Assembly: GCA_965649055.1 (NCBI GenBank)
Contig: CBFGJG010000007.1
Coordinates: forward strand, 1-40,026
Source: a candidate division WOR-3 bacterium
GTDB taxonomy: Bacteria; Hydrothermota; UBA3072; B12-G15
Reading direction: 5' to 3'
DNA: 40,026 bases
In this document: positions 18,908 to 29,933 of the stretch, in pieces
Numbering within the stretch: position 1 is the stretch's first letter
How the letters are laid out: each line of letters starts with the position of its first letter
The notes under the pieces: model-generated
What the model was told of the DNA's origin: nothing
What the model saw: the letters and a program-made list of their open reading frames with translations, nothing else
Database searches by the model: none
Made by a program: the position numbers and the translations under genes

Positions 18908-21121
18908 ATGTTTTTCATAATGATGGCTCTTTTCCCCTATGATGAAGTTATTATGGAAATAGGGGTTAAGGGTGTAAAAAATATAGATACGATACTGGTA
19001 ACCACTGTCTCGGGTTTGAAGATAGGTGATATTCTTACAAAAGAAAATGGTGAAAAATGTATAAAAAACCTTTATTCAACAGAACTTTTCAGAAATATTA
19101 AACTTGAAGCAGTAAGAAGTTCTTATGGAGGAATTAAGGTTACTATAGTTGTAGAAGAATTCCCAAAAGTCATAGAGACAGATATTTCAGGAAATAAAAA
19201 GATAAAGAAAAAGGATTTAGAAAAACTTATAGATTTAACACTTCCTAAACTGGTCTCTGACAGAAAATTATTTGAAATTCAAAATAAGATAAAAGATTTT
19301 TATAAAGAAAAAGGGTTCAGAGGAACCACAGTTAAACTACAGAGAGAGACACTGGATGAAGGAGAAAAAATAACATTCGTTATAGAAGAGGGTAAAAAAT
19401 TGAGACTTAAAGAAGTAAAGTTTGTAGGAAATGAGAACATATCTGATAAAAAACTTGGTGGAAGGTTAAAAACAAAGGGAAGAAAACACTGGTGGACATT
19501 CTGGATTAAGGGTGAAATAGTTGATACCCTAATAGAAAAAGACTTCCAGATAATTGAAGACTACTATAAAGAAAATGGTTATCTTGATGCTAAAACAGAT
19601 TCATTTAAAATTGAAGAAGTGGATAATAATGCAATTATAAAGTTTTTTATCTATGAAGGAAAAAAATACTATCTTGGGAATATAACATTCACAGGAAATG
19701 TGTTCCTTGAAAAGCCAGAAAGATTTTTTAAATTAAAATCAGGAAATGTATTTAATAATAAGAAATTCGAAAGTTCTTTACAGGAACTTTACACATATTA
19801 CACCGATAATGGTTATCTCTATGTTAATATAAATCCTTTATTTAACTTTAGAAATGATACTGTTGATGTTGATATTAAAATAAATGAAAATAATAAGGTT
19901 TATGTGAAACTTATTGATATTATAGGTAATATATCAACTTATGATAAAGTTATAAGAAGATACCTTACAATTTATCCGGGTGATGTATTCTCAAGGGAAA
20001 AAATAATCACTTCGCAACAAAATCTTTTCAGGCTTGGTTATTTTGAAAATCTGTTATTCAACTTAAAAAGAGAATCTTCGCTTGATTCTGTTTCACTTAT
20101 ATTTGAAGTAAAGGAAAAACAGACAGGTCAGGTTTCAGCAGGAATGGGATACTCAAAAGATGTCGGTATTACAGGAAATGTATCAATAAATATACCAAAT
20201 TTTCTTGGAAAAGGTCAGACTGTAAATTTTACATACGAAAGAACCGTTGCAAGCCAGACAGGAACAAGACCAATACAATATATTACACTTGGATTTCAGG
20301 AACCTTGGCTTTTTGATACACCAACAAGTATTGGATTTTCTTTATTCTCAACATACAGACTGTGGGAATATTTTACTGAATACAGAATGGGTTTCCAGAT
20401 TGACCTTGGAAGAATTATTGGTCCAAGAAAAGATATCACCATTTCAGGAAATTACAGATTGTCAAGGAACAAGATTGATTGTGATACAACAAAAACACCT
20501 GACTATATAGATGAACAATACGGTATAAAATGGGAATCATCTATTTCAACTAATTTTCTTAAAGATTCAAGGGATAATTATTTTTATCCCAAAAAAGGAA
20601 CATATATCTCTTTATCACCGAAACTTTCTGGAACAATTCTTGGAGGAGATATAAATTACTACAGGGTGAATTTTGAAATAAAAAGATTCTTGGAAATTTA
20701 TAAAGAATTTGTTATTATGAACAGGATATTCTTTGGGCATTTGCAGGGGCTTGAAGGTTCAAAAACACCAATAATAGAAAGATACCAGCTTGGTGGTTCT
20801 GGATTTTATGGTATAAGAGGCTATTCTGACAACTCAATCAGACTTTCAAGGGGTTATGGTGGTAATGAAGCAATTATAATGAATATAGAGCTTAGAAGAA
20901 ATATAACAAATATGATATATTTATTGGGATTTTTTGACGCGGGAAATATATTTGAAAATATTAATAAGTTTGATTTGTCAGACCTTTATTCAGGTGCAGG
21001 TGTTGGTTTCAGGATTGAGATACCAATGATGGGTATATTCGGTTTAGATTTTGGATATGGATTTGATAAATCTAAAGGAGGAAAATGGGAAACTCACTTC
21101 CAGTTAGGTCAATCTTTCTAA
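18908..21121 (+). CDS. bamA: Outer membrane protein assembly factor BamA
   Basis: POTRA repeats (YKENGYLDA, YTDNGYLY), VKEKQTG, NFLGKGQ, IRGY, GVGFR, C-terminal F. Confidence 0.95.
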   Translation: MFFIMMALFPYDEVIMEIGVKGVKNIDTILVTTVSGLKIGDILTKENGEKCIKNLYSTELFRNIKLEAVRSSYGGIKVTIVVEEFPKVIETDISGNKKIKKKDLEKLIDLTLPKLVSDRKLFEIQNKIKDFYKEKGFRGTTVKLQRETLDEGEKITFVIEEGKKLRLKEVKFVGNENISDKKLGGRLKTKGRKHWWTFWIKGEIVDTLIEKDFQIIEDYYKENGYLDAKTDSFKIEEVDNNAIIKFFIYEGKKYYLGNITFTGNVFLEKPERFFKLKSGNVFNNKKFESSLQELYTYYTDNGYLYVNINPLFNFRNDTVDVDIKINENNKVYVKLIDIIGNISTYDKVIRRYLTIYPGDVFSREKIITSQQNLFRLGYFENLLFNLKRESSLDSVSLIFEVKEKQTGQVSAGMGYSKDVGITGNVSINIPNFLGKGQTVNFTYERTVASQTGTRPIQYITLGFQEPWLFDTPTSIGFSLFSTYRLWEYFTEYRMGFQIDLGRIIGPRKDITISGNYRLSRNKIDCDTTKTPDYIDEQYGIKWESSISTNFLKDSRDNYFYPKKGTYISLSPKLSGTILGGDINYYRVNFEIKRFLEIYKEFVIMNRIFFGHLQGLEGSKTPIIERYQLGGSGFYGIRGYSDNSIRLSRGYGGNEAIIMNIELRRNITNMIYLLGFFDAGNIFENINKFDLSDLYSGAGVGFRIEIPMMGIFGLDFGYGFDKSKGGKWETHFQLGQSF

Positions 21122-22050
21122 TAATATTACTATTTTCCTGCACAAAAACAGGAAGTATTTTTGAAAAAGATACAGTATATAGAGAAACATTCAGTGTCGA
21201 CAGCACATATTCTTATTTTGTTGAGGCAAATCATAGTTCAAGTCTCTACCTTTATTGTGGTAAAAAAGAACTTTTTCAGATGAGAAGCCTGATTAGATTT
21301 GAAACACCTGATACTACTGATTCTATATATTTATTCCTTATTGGTGATAAACTAAATGATTCTATTTTCTTTTATACACTGAAAGACTCTTTCAATGAAG
21401 ACAGTATTTCGTTCGACTTAAGCAGTAATCTAAAGAATTCTCTTTTTTACAAAGGCTTTTATAACACAGATACTGTGATAGTGAAAATATACCCACCTTA
21501 TGATAATATAAAAAATGGATTAATCATAGAAACCGATTCCGTTTATAAGTTTTCTTCTAAAGAAAATTCATTGTATTCTTTCATTGTTCTTTTTGAAAAA
21601 ACGAGAAAGGATACCTTAAAATTCATTAAAGATACTTACGTATGCACGCATCCCTTAATAGGTGATACACTTGATACCTTAATGGTTGCATCCGGAATTT
21701 CAGGAAGAATCAATTTCTTTATAAATAAAGATTCCCTGAAACTTGATTCGCTTCTTTATTCAAGATTTGACCTTGGTCTTTCAACAAACGCAACCTGCTC
21801 TCTGATAGTAAACTTACAGTTGAGGGAAAAAGTCTTTAAGACAATCGGTGGAGCATATGTGAAACCTGCAACCAATGATACATTAAGTTTTATCGCACTA
21901 ATAAATAGTATACCTGATTTAATCTCTTTTTCAGATACGATACAGTATTACAAGTTCACATTGAAAATGAATAATGAAGATTTTAATCCCAGATTTGTTA
22001 ATGTTGATTCGTTGAAGATATTTATTATGTTTGTGGAGGAGAAGGAATGA
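21085..22050 (+). CDS. Putative lipoprotein of unknown function
   Basis: LLFSC lipobox; start codon uncertain. Confidence 0.65.
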   Translation: MGNSLPVRSIFLIILLFSCTKTGSIFEKDTVYRETFSVDSTYSYFVEANHSSSLYLYCGKKELFQMRSLIRFETPDTTDSIYLFLIGDKLNDSIFFYTLKDSFNEDSISFDLSSNLKNSLFYKGFYNTDTVIVKIYPPYDNIKNGLIIETDSVYKFSSKENSLYSFIVLFEKTRKDTLKFIKDTYVCTHPLIGDTLDTLMVASGISGRINFFINKDSLKLDSLLYSRFDLGLSTNATCSLIVNLQLREKVFKTIGGAYVKPATNDTLSFIALINSIPDLISFSDTIQYYKFTLKMNNEDFNPRFVNVDSLKIFIMFVEEKE

Positions 22051-22946
22051 TTTTCGTTATAATCTCATCAACTATTTTTTCACAAACTGGATTCGGAGAG
22101 GCTTGTATTACCGGTAACGGTTTCTCAAGGGTTTTACAATCTCCCTGTTACAATGACTTTTTAATAAACCCCGCATCTTTCAGAAACGGGATTTATTCTT
22201 CTTTCACACCAGATTTTATAATCAGCAAAAGCGGTCAATTCGAATGGATTCCTTCTTCATTTACAATTTCAACAGACATAATGAGATATTTTAATATTGG
22301 ACTGTATTCAAACATAATTTACACAAAAAATTTCTCTTATGAATTCCCTGAAGATTCAAATGAATGGGACAAATACACACAATCCGTGATAACCAAGGGT
22401 AGCATATTTTCTATTAATGGTAATATATCTGCAAAGATAAACAATCTTCAGTTAGGAATAAACATTGGTAAGATTCTGGGAATTTCAAAAAGGATAGATA
22501 TTTTTGATTTCAAAAACTATAAGGATATTAATGATACATCAGATTTAAGGAACCATAGAGGAAATCTTTATTCTGCTGGATTTATGTATAGCTTAAATCT
22601 TGTGAACTTTGGTGGAAGTTTTAAAAAATACAATATTGGTGATGAAATTTTCTATAAATTTTATTATGGTGCTGTTTTAAACCTGCAGGATAAAAAAATC
22701 TATGTATCTTTAGAAGGTTTTAACCCATCCATTGGAATTGTTTATAAGAGAGTAATTCTTGGTGGTTCGTATATCAAAGAAGAAGAAAGGAAAGAGAAGA
22801 ATATAGGTTTTGGTTTTTCTATTCCAATCAAAAAAAATTCAATCACATTAATAAATAACATAAGACTTATTGATGGTAAATTGGTAGGTTATGATAAATC
22901 AGATATTGATTATCATATAGGTTTAACTTTTGAGTTCATTGAGTAA
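22047..22946 (+). CDS. Putative outer membrane beta-barrel protein (FadL/PorV-like)
   Basis: INPAS motif, alternating amphipathic strands, C-terminal YHIGLTFEF. Confidence 0.6.
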   Translation: MIFVIISSTIFSQTGFGEACITGNGFSRVLQSPCYNDFLINPASFRNGIYSSFTPDFIISKSGQFEWIPSSFTISTDIMRYFNIGLYSNIIYTKNFSYEFPEDSNEWDKYTQSVITKGSIFSINGNISAKINNLQLGINIGKILGISKRIDIFDFKNYKDINDTSDLRNHRGNLYSAGFMYSLNLVNFGGSFKKYNIGDEIFYKFYYGAVLNLQDKKIYVSLEGFNPSIGIVYKRVILGGSYIKEEERKEKNIGFGFSIPIKKNSITLINNIRLIDGKLVGYDKSDIDYHIGLTFEFIE

Positions 22947-22962
22947 AAAAACAGGAGGAATT

Positions 22963-23904
22963 ATGAGATTTTTAAAATTAGTTGCTTTCTTTATTTTCTT
23001 AAATGCATTTGCCTATGAATACAAGCTTGGATTTATTGATTCAAATAGAATTTTACAGGAATATAAAGGGACTCAGGATTTACAGAAGAAGTATCAGGCA
23101 AAGATAGCCGAGTGGCAGAATAAGATGGATAAAATGAAAAAAGAGATAGAAGACCTTCAGAGGCAATTCCAGACACAGCAGATCTATCTTTCAGATGAAG
23201 CAAAAGGTAGAAAACTCCAGGAACTTCAGAATAAACAGAAAGAATATGAGAACTTTATTCAGTCAATATGGGGACAGGATGGTGAAGCAAAAAAACTAAA
23301 TGACCAGTTGATGAAACCATTTCTTTCAAAAGTAGACTCACTTTTAAAGAAAATTGGACAGGAAGAAGGCTATTCCTTCATATTTGATATATCTGCCGGA
23401 AGTGTTGTGTATGCAGATGATGTCTATGATTTAACCGACAGGGTTATAAACGAACTTAATAGGGAATTTGGACCCGTAGTATCACCGGAAGAAAAGATAT
23501 ATTATTATTGTGCAAAGTTTAAAGAACTAACAGGTGAAGCAAAGTCGGGAAATCTCGGGGATAGGGTTAAGAATATTTTAACAACATATCTGAAAAATAA
23601 AGGTAAACTTGAAGAGATAAATTATACAATAATATCACAGGCTAAAAACTCATCAGGTGTGGTGAAGGAAGACGAGGATTTGAACCCTGAAAATGCTATG
23701 AAGATTGTTGAAAATGCAAAACTTGATATTTTTATATACGGGAGTATTTCAAAGTCAGGTGAAACAATAGAGATTAATTATACAATAATAAAAAATAAAG
23801 GGAAGGAAACCAAAGAAGGCAAAATAACTTTAAGGGGTGAAAGTTATCTGCAGGAAAAAGTGGTAAACGAAATTACACAGAATATTTCAGAATTTCTAAG
23901 ATGA
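22963..23904 (+). CDS. skp: Skp/OmpH chaperone with an extra C-terminal domain
   Basis: [11 protein letters not shown], coiled coil, GYSFIFD, DLTDRVI; AGGAGG RBS before ATG 22963. Confidence 0.85.
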   Translation: MRFLKLVAFFIFLNAFAYEYKLGFIDSNRILQEYKGTQDLQKKYQAKIAEWQNKMDKMKKEIEDLQRQFQTQQIYLSDEAKGRKLQELQNKQKEYENFIQSIWGQDGEAKKLNDQLMKPFLSKVDSLLKKIGQEEGYSFIFDISAGSVVYADDVYDLTDRVINELNREFGPVVSPEEKIYYYCAKFKELTGEAKSGNLGDRVKNILTTYLKNKGKLEEINYTIISQAKNSSGVVKEDEDLNPENAMKIVENAKLDIFIYGSISKSGETIEINYTIIKNKGKETKEGKITLRGESYLQEKVVNEITQNISEFLR

Positions 23905-24887
23905 AGGCAAGTGAGATTGCACTCTGGATAGACGGAAGGCTTGTCGGTGAAGATAAAGAGGTCTATGGTATAGAAGTTCCAGAAAAAGCAAAAGAAAATC
24001 AGATATCTTTTTTATTTGATGAACAGAAATTAAAAGAAACTAAGGCAGGAGTTATAGTATCAAAAAAAGAATTCCCTTATGAAAAAGAAAAAACATTCAT
24101 TATAGTTAATGATCCAAAAGAAGCTTTTATAATCTTCCTGAATAAAATTTTTCCGGAACCGGTGAAAAAGATAAAAGGGATTTCAAAAAATGCTAATATA
24201 GGTGATGCAAATATTGGCGAAAATGTCTCAATAGGAGATTTCTGCTATATCTCAGATAATGTGAAAATAGGCTCTGATACTATTATTTATCCTAATTCTT
24301 TTATAGGTTATGGTGTGAAGATAGGGAAAAATTGTATTATCTATCCAAATGTTACCATTTATGATAGAACTGAAATAGGAAACAATGTTATAATTCATTC
24401 CGGCGCAGTGATAGGTTCTGATGGTTTTGGTTATATGGAGAAAGATAAGAAGAGGATAAAGATACCACAGGTTGGAAAAGTGGTAATAGAGGATGATGTG
24501 GAAATAGGTGCAAATACAACTATTGACAGGGCAACACTTGGCGAAACGGTTATCGGGAAAGGAACAAAGATCGATAACCTTGTTCAGGTTGCACACAATG
24601 TAAAGATAGGAAAAAATTGTGTTGTCGTAGCACAGGTGGGAATTGCAGGTAGCTGCTCAATAGGTGATAATGTTATTATAGCAGGTCAGGCTGGAATAGC
24701 AGATCACATAACAATTGAAGATGATGCAATAATACTTGCACAATCAGGTGTTTCAAAGAGTGTGAAAAAAGGTTCTATTGTATGCGGTGCACCCGCACTT
24801 GAAAAAGAAAGGTTTTTCAGGGAAAGAGCTTTGATTTCAAGACTTGATGAGATAATTGAAAGAATAAAAAAACTTGAGAATAAGTGA
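23901..24887 (+). CDS. lpxD: UDP-3-O-(3-hydroxyacyl)glucosamine N-acyltransferase
   Basis: [34 protein letters not shown], hexapeptide repeats. Confidence 0.96.
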   Translation: MKASEIALWIDGRLVGEDKEVYGIEVPEKAKENQISFLFDEQKLKETKAGVIVSKKEFPYEKEKTFIIVNDPKEAFIIFLNKIFPEPVKKIKGISKNANIGDANIGENVSIGDFCYISDNVKIGSDTIIYPNSFIGYGVKIGKNCIIYPNVTIYDRTEIGNNVIIHSGAVIGSDGFGYMEKDKKRIKIPQVGKVVIEDDVEIGANTTIDRATLGETVIGKGTKIDNLVQVAHNVKIGKNCVVVAQVGIAGSCSIGDNVIIAGQAGIADHITIEDDAIILAQSGVSKSVKKGSIVCGAPALEKERFFRERALISRLDEIIERIKKLENK

Positions 24888-26821
24888 TTCTATTTATCTT
24901 TTCTCAAAATATCATCTACAGTGCTGATACAATAAAATATTATCCTGAAAAAGAGGTTCTTTATCTTATAAATAATGCAGAAGCAATTTATGGAAATTTA
25001 AGGGTTGTTGCAGACACTCTTATTTATTATGTTAAGGAAAGAAGACTTGTAGCAATTTCAAACCCTGTTCTTTATGAAAAAGAAAGGGATATAAAGGCTA
25101 ATAAGATGGAATACTATATTGATGAAAAAAAGGGATTTGCTATTGATGGTAAGACAAAGGTTGAAAAGGGATATTTCTTTGGGAAAAAAACTGTTTATCT
25201 TGAAAATAATGTCATAAAGATAAAAAATGGATACTTTACAACCTGCGAATACGAAGAACCACATTACTATTTTTATTCCCCTGAAATAAAAGTGGTTCTT
25301 GATGACAGGGTGATTGCAAGGAACATAATACTTTTTGTTAAAGGGATTCCTGTCTTTTATCTTCCTTTTTGGATGTATCCAACAGTAAAACAGAGAAGGT
25401 CGGGATTTCTCATACCAAGAATAGGTTTTTCAATGTATGGTGGAAATTTCATACAGAATATAGGATGGTATCAAACACTCACAATGTATGCAGATTTAAC
25501 TATCTGGTTTGATTATTATACAACAACAGGAATATGGTCACATATGGAAGGAAGGTATCTTTTTAGACAGGGTTCAGGAAATATCAGGGTTGACTATACA
25601 AAAGAAAGGAAAGGTAATATAAGATGGTCTTTGAATGGTTCAGGCAGAAACACCCTCCCTTATAAAATAAATCTTGCTTATTTCTCAAATTACAAAAGCG
25701 ATAACAGGATAGATGTAGATTATAATCAGGGAGAGACACAGCTTCAACAGGAAGCAAATGCGGAGATTAATATATCAAGAACATTTTCTTTTGGTAACAT
25801 AAGTGCAAGGATAAAAGAGAGGAAGGATTTTATTAAGGATATAACATCAAGAGAATTACCAAGAATAGATTTAAATTTATATGGTTTTAAAATTCTTGGA
25901 TTGAGCCCTAATATCTCTTCTTTTATTTTAAGGGGTTCTGATGGTATAATATATTCAAGTTCAAGCACAAATTTTTTATTTTCAAAAACAATATTCCCTT
26001 TTAGAGGTTCTTTTGGAATTTCATTAAGACATATTTATGCATCTGAAACAATGGATTCAACTTATTATAGTGATATTCAAAGGTCTTATTCATTTGCCTT
26101 AAGAACAAGTATATATGCTATATCAAATTTTGGCCTTTTCGTTGTTAACAGGTTCAGAACTGTAATTGACCCCTATGTGGATTTCTCTATTTCAGAAAAG
26201 GGTAAGGAAGGGAATTTGTTTCCGGGAGCGCCAGTATCAATAATTTCAAGTTATTCAAGAAGATTAAATTATGGAATTACTTTCACAAATCAATGGAAAA
26301 TAAAGGAAAAGGTTTATTCACCTTTTATCTTGAATATCAGTGGAGCATACAGGTTTGAAGAGAAAAGTTTTTCCAATCTTTCATATTCTTTAAGTATAAC
26401 AGATGGAAGTATTTTCCGTTCAGGCGTTTCTGGATATTATGATGTATCAGATAAAAAGTTAGTCTTGAATAATATTACGAATACATTGAATTTTCAGAAA
26501 ACATTTGAAGGCAAACCTTTTATATTGAGTATATCACATAGCTTGAATATAGCCGATACACTGATAAACCAGAATGCATCACTTTTTTCAAGATTTTATC
26601 TTACAAAAAACTGGAATTTTGATATAAATACAAATTATAGTTTTAAAGAGATGAGATTTAACACAACAAGTATAAAACTTGAAAGAAATTTACACTGCTG
26701 GTATTTTGAATTTTCATATACACAGTATTTGAACAACTGGAATTATACATTCAGAATAGGGATAAAAGAAATTCCTGAAGTGAGGCTTGAAAGGAATACG
26801 ATAAGGGGTCTTTTCCCTTAA
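24884..26821 (+). CDS. lptD: LPS-assembly protein LptD
   Basis: [30 protein letters not shown]; position after lpxD. Confidence 0.88.
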   Translation: MILFIFSQNIIYSADTIKYYPEKEVLYLINNAEAIYGNLRVVADTLIYYVKERRLVAISNPVLYEKERDIKANKMEYYIDEKKGFAIDGKTKVEKGYFFGKKTVYLENNVIKIKNGYFTTCEYEEPHYYFYSPEIKVVLDDRVIARNIILFVKGIPVFYLPFWMYPTVKQRRSGFLIPRIGFSMYGGNFIQNIGWYQTLTMYADLTIWFDYYTTTGIWSHMEGRYLFRQGSGNIRVDYTKERKGNIRWSLNGSGRNTLPYKINLAYFSNYKSDNRIDVDYNQGETQLQQEANAEINISRTFSFGNISARIKERKDFIKDITSRELPRIDLNLYGFKILGLSPNISSFILRGSDGIIYSSSSTNFLFSKTIFPFRGSFGISLRHIYASETMDSTYYSDIQRSYSFALRTSIYAISNFGLFVVNRFRTVIDPYVDFSISEKGKEGNLFPGAPVSIISSYSRRLNYGITFTNQWKIKEKVYSPFILNISGAYRFEEKSFSNLSYSLSITDGSIFRSGVSGYYDVSDKKLVLNNITNTLNFQKTFEGKPFILSISHSLNIADTLINQNASLFSRFYLTKNWNFDINTNYSFKEMRFNTTSIKLERNLHCWYFEFSYTQYLNNWNYTFRIGIKEIPEVRLERNTIRGLFP

Positions 26822-28713
26822 AGATGAAATCTTTTTTCTGCTTCTTTTAGAATCATCTCAAGCATCTTTGGATAATTTATATTTGCAAACTGGCACATCT
26901 TTGCAAGATGTCCATCCCAGCACCATCCGGGATTTGGATTAACTTCAAGAAGTTTCGGATTTCCAAAATTATCAAGTCTCCAGTCAAATCTCGCATAATC
27001 TCTGCATTCAAGCCTTTCAAATAATTTAACTGAAAATTCAACCAATATTCTTGATGTATATTCCGGTAGTTTGGCTGGAATTGTTTTAACTTTGCTATAT
27101 GGTGATGATGGGTCCCATTTCGCTTCGTATGCGCAGATCCTTGGAAGTTCCTGTGGAAGTTCAGAGTAATCTTCTTCACCTATTGGTAGCACAGTGTATG
27201 AATCCGGAACATTGCCAATGATTCCAAGTGTTAAATCTTTGCCTGTCAGGAATTCTTCAACAAGTATTGGTTTATCATATCCAAATTTCTCTCTAATCTC
27301 AGAAATAGCATTTATCAATTGTTCAATATTATAACAAACTGAATTTTTCGTTATTCCAAAACTTGAATCGCCAAAATTTGGTTTCACAATGACAGGAAAA
27401 TCAAATGGTAGCTGGAATGTTGCATCTTCTGGTTTTATGAAGAATGCTTCAGGGACTGGTATTCCCATCTCTTTTGCAATACCACGAACAAGGGATTTAT
27501 CATAGCAATAGGCAAGTGTCTGTGGACCTGAACCGGTATAAGGTATTCCCAACATCTCGAGGAGTGCAGGAACATGAAGCTCTTTCAATGGGTCATTGTA
27601 ATAACCTTCATCACAGAGATTGAAAACATAATCTATCTTCCCCTTTAATTTTTTTAACTCTTCAAAGAACTCATCATGGTTTGTAAGATATGTGAATTTA
27701 TAATTACTGAAATTATTCAGTGCTTCTTTCAACCTGTCTATCGTGTAAAAATCATCATCGTCAAATTTTGCGAGTGGTTTTAATGGGTCTGGTTTTTCAG
27801 GGTCACCAAGAAGGACAACAACATTTTTTGTTTCTTTTGTTACCTTAATCTTTTTGGGTGTCCATTCTTTCCTTGCAGATGCGGTAACTATTATTCTCCT
27901 TTCCATCATACCAAGGTCCTGTTTTCTCTTTGAATCCGGAGTAATCTGGGCTGCAAAGTTTATATCCTGAAAGCCTGCTTTTTCAAGGAGCCTGGAAATG
28001 CTCTCTTTGGAGTATAATCTTTCAGCATAGAACTGGTCTTGAACCACACCTTTTTCTACATGTGTTATAACTTCACGAGATACAAGACGCTGTTTATCAA
28101 ATGATAATGACCTTTCCCTGCAAACAAAGTATTTTTTCCCTATCCATTCCCAGGACCTTTCCTGGAAATGCTTTCTTAAATAATCGCCATCTGTAACATC
28201 TATTAGTATTTTACCCCAAGGTTTTAAAACCCTGAAGACCTCTTTTAAGACCCTAAGGTCATCTTCAGCAGTCTCAAAATAACCAAAACTATTACCAAGG
28301 ATTGTCACCACATCAAATGAATCGTTCTGGAAAGGAAGTTTTCTTGCATCACCTTCCCTGAATTTTATATTTAGACCTTCTTTCCTTGATAGATTCTTTG
28401 CCCTCTGAATGAGATAGTGGGAACGGTCAAGACCTTCAAGATGTAAAATTCCTCTTCTCGCAAATTCAAATAGATGCCTTCCCTGTCCACAACAAATATC
28501 AAGTAAAGAGTGTTCCGGTTTAAGGTCAAGTATCTTTATGAATAAATCGACTTCATAAGATGTTATGGAAACATCATCTACCACATCTCCGTCGGTCTTT
28601 AGATAGTATGCATTGAAAATCTTAGCCCACCAATCTGATTTAACATAACCTTCAAGGTCTTTTACCGGTCCTATACACCTTAAAGGTTTTCGTATCTTGC
28701 TCGATTTATCCAT
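26818..28713 (-). CDS. Class I SAM methyltransferase fused to a D-Ala-D-Ala-ligase-like ATP-grasp domain
   Basis: LDICCGQGRH, GNSFGYF; FNLCDEG, IPYTGSG, VKPNFGDSSFGI, LVEEFL, LLEVNPNPG. Confidence 0.88.
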   Translation of the reverse strand: MDKSSKIRKPLRCIGPVKDLEGYVKSDWWAKIFNAYYLKTDGDVVDDVSITSYEVDLFIKILDLKPEHSLLDICCGQGRHLFEFARRGILHLEGLDRSHYLIQRAKNLSRKEGLNIKFREGDARKLPFQNDSFDVVTILGNSFGYFETAEDDLRVLKEVFRVLKPWGKILIDVTDGDYLRKHFQERSWEWIGKKYFVCRERSLSFDKQRLVSREVITHVEKGVVQDQFYAERLYSKESISRLLEKAGFQDINFAAQITPDSKRKQDLGMMERRIIVTASARKEWTPKKIKVTKETKNVVVLLGDPEKPDPLKPLAKFDDDDFYTIDRLKEALNNFSNYKFTYLTNHDEFFEELKKLKGKIDYVFNLCDEGYYNDPLKELHVPALLEMLGIPYTGSGPQTLAYCYDKSLVRGIAKEMGIPVPEAFFIKPEDATFQLPFDFPVIVKPNFGDSSFGITKNSVCYNIEQLINAISEIREKFGYDKPILVEEFLTGKDLTLGIIGNVPDSYTVLPIGEEDYSELPQELPRICAYEAKWDPSSPYSKVKTIPAKLPEYTSRILVEFSVKLFERLECRDYARFDWRLDNFGNPKLLEVNPNPGWCWDGHLAKMCQFANINYPKMLEMILKEAEKRFHL

Positions 28714-28757
28714 CCATTATTTTCCTGTTGGGAAAAGATTCAAAAAACATTTTTTAT

Positions 28758-28785
28758 ATTATATTTAATTTTTAAAAAAAATCAA
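28758..28785 (-). promoter_or_regulatory. Promoter of the methyltransferase/ATP-grasp gene
   Basis: TTGATT-N16-TATAAT on the minus strand. Confidence 0.6.
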
Positions 28786-28840
28786 GTTTTATTTGACATA
28801 TTTCAAAAATTTTTTATATATTTATAAAAAGGGAGGATTA

Positions 28841-29872
28841 ATGAAAAAACTTTTCATTTTAGCGTTTTTGTTTTTTGTCGCATGCCAGAGCCAGTATATG
28901 ACTGGTGGTAAGGTTTATGTTCAATCGAAACAATATGATAAAGCGATTGAACAATTTAAACTTGCGGTAGAAGCAGAACCCAACAATTATCAGTGCTATT
29001 TATGGCTTGGACATGCATATGGTTACAGTGCTATGTGGAAAGATGCAGCAACACAGTATATAAAGGCAATCGATGTGAATAAAGAAAAGGCAACAAAAGA
29101 GATGATGAAAGATGCAGATACATACTGGCAGACATTCTATAATGCCGCTATTACTTGTATAAAAGAAGAGGATTTCGATAATGCATTGAAATTTCTCGGA
29201 TATTCATTAAACTTCGCAACATCTACAAAGACTAAAGCTGCATCTCTGGTTATAAAAGGGTCAATCCTTCAGAACCAGGGAAAAACAGATGAAGCGCTCG
29301 AAGCTTTTAAAGAAGTTCTTGTGAACGAACCCATGAATCCTCTTGGAAACATGGCTATGGGGAATTACTATTTCTCTATAGGTGATTATGATAATGCTGC
29401 AAAACATTTTAAGATTTCTTATGAAGCAGACTCAAACAATATAGAGGTTGTGAAGATGCTTGGTGCGTCTTATCTTGATGCAAAGAAATATGATGAGGCA
29501 ATAAATATGTTTAAAAGGCAGATAGCACTTACACCTGACGATGGCGTTGCATATCTTAATCTTGGATTGACATACCTCTTTAAAGGTTTACAGGAAGATG
29601 CAATTAATAACTTCTATATATCTATAGAGAAGCTCAAAGCAGTTGGTGATGTTGAAATAATACAGAAGGTTTATGTTACGCTTGCAGAAATATTCTATGA
29701 AAGGAAAGATTATAAAATGGCTTTGGATACAGCAGGCGAACTTCTTAAGATAAACCCGACAAATTGTGAAGGTATAAAGATTATATACAATACATATGTA
29801 GATATGAAAGACAAGAAAAACGCAAATCAGTATTTTAAGAAGGTGGAAGACTGCCTGAAGTCAGGTAAATAG
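28841..29872 (+). CDS. TPR-repeat lipoprotein
   Basis: GGGAGG RBS, MKKLFILAFLFFVAC lipobox, TPR repeats; TTGACA at 28793. Confidence 0.85.
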   Translation: MKKLFILAFLFFVACQSQYMTGGKVYVQSKQYDKAIEQFKLAVEAEPNNYQCYLWLGHAYGYSAMWKDAATQYIKAIDVNKEKATKEMMKDADTYWQTFYNAAITCIKEEDFDNALKFLGYSLNFATSTKTKAASLVIKGSILQNQGKTDEALEAFKEVLVNEPMNPLGNMAMGNYYFSIGDYDNAAKHFKISYEADSNNIEVVKMLGASYLDAKKYDEAINMFKRQIALTPDDGVAYLNLGLTYLFKGLQEDAINNFYISIEKLKAVGDVEIIQKVYVTLAEIFYERKDYKMALDTAGELLKINPTNCEGIKIIYNTYVDMKDKKNANQYFKKVEDCLKSGK

Positions 29873-29933
29873 GTGTCAGGTCTTGACATTTGACATTTTT
29901 ATATTTTTAAAGATTTTTTGAAAGTGAGGATAT

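Noticed and set aside
447..21121. Darobactin-like link (rSAM RiPP, MacAB exporter, nearby bamA as resistance target)
   Set aside because: The precursor has no darobactin-type W-x-W core, and bamA is 7 kb beyond the cluster in its normal housekeeping operon
26818..26821. Convergent genes sharing TTAA as overlapping stops
   Set aside because: Common in compact AT-rich genomes; no terminal repeats or duplication to suggest an insertion site
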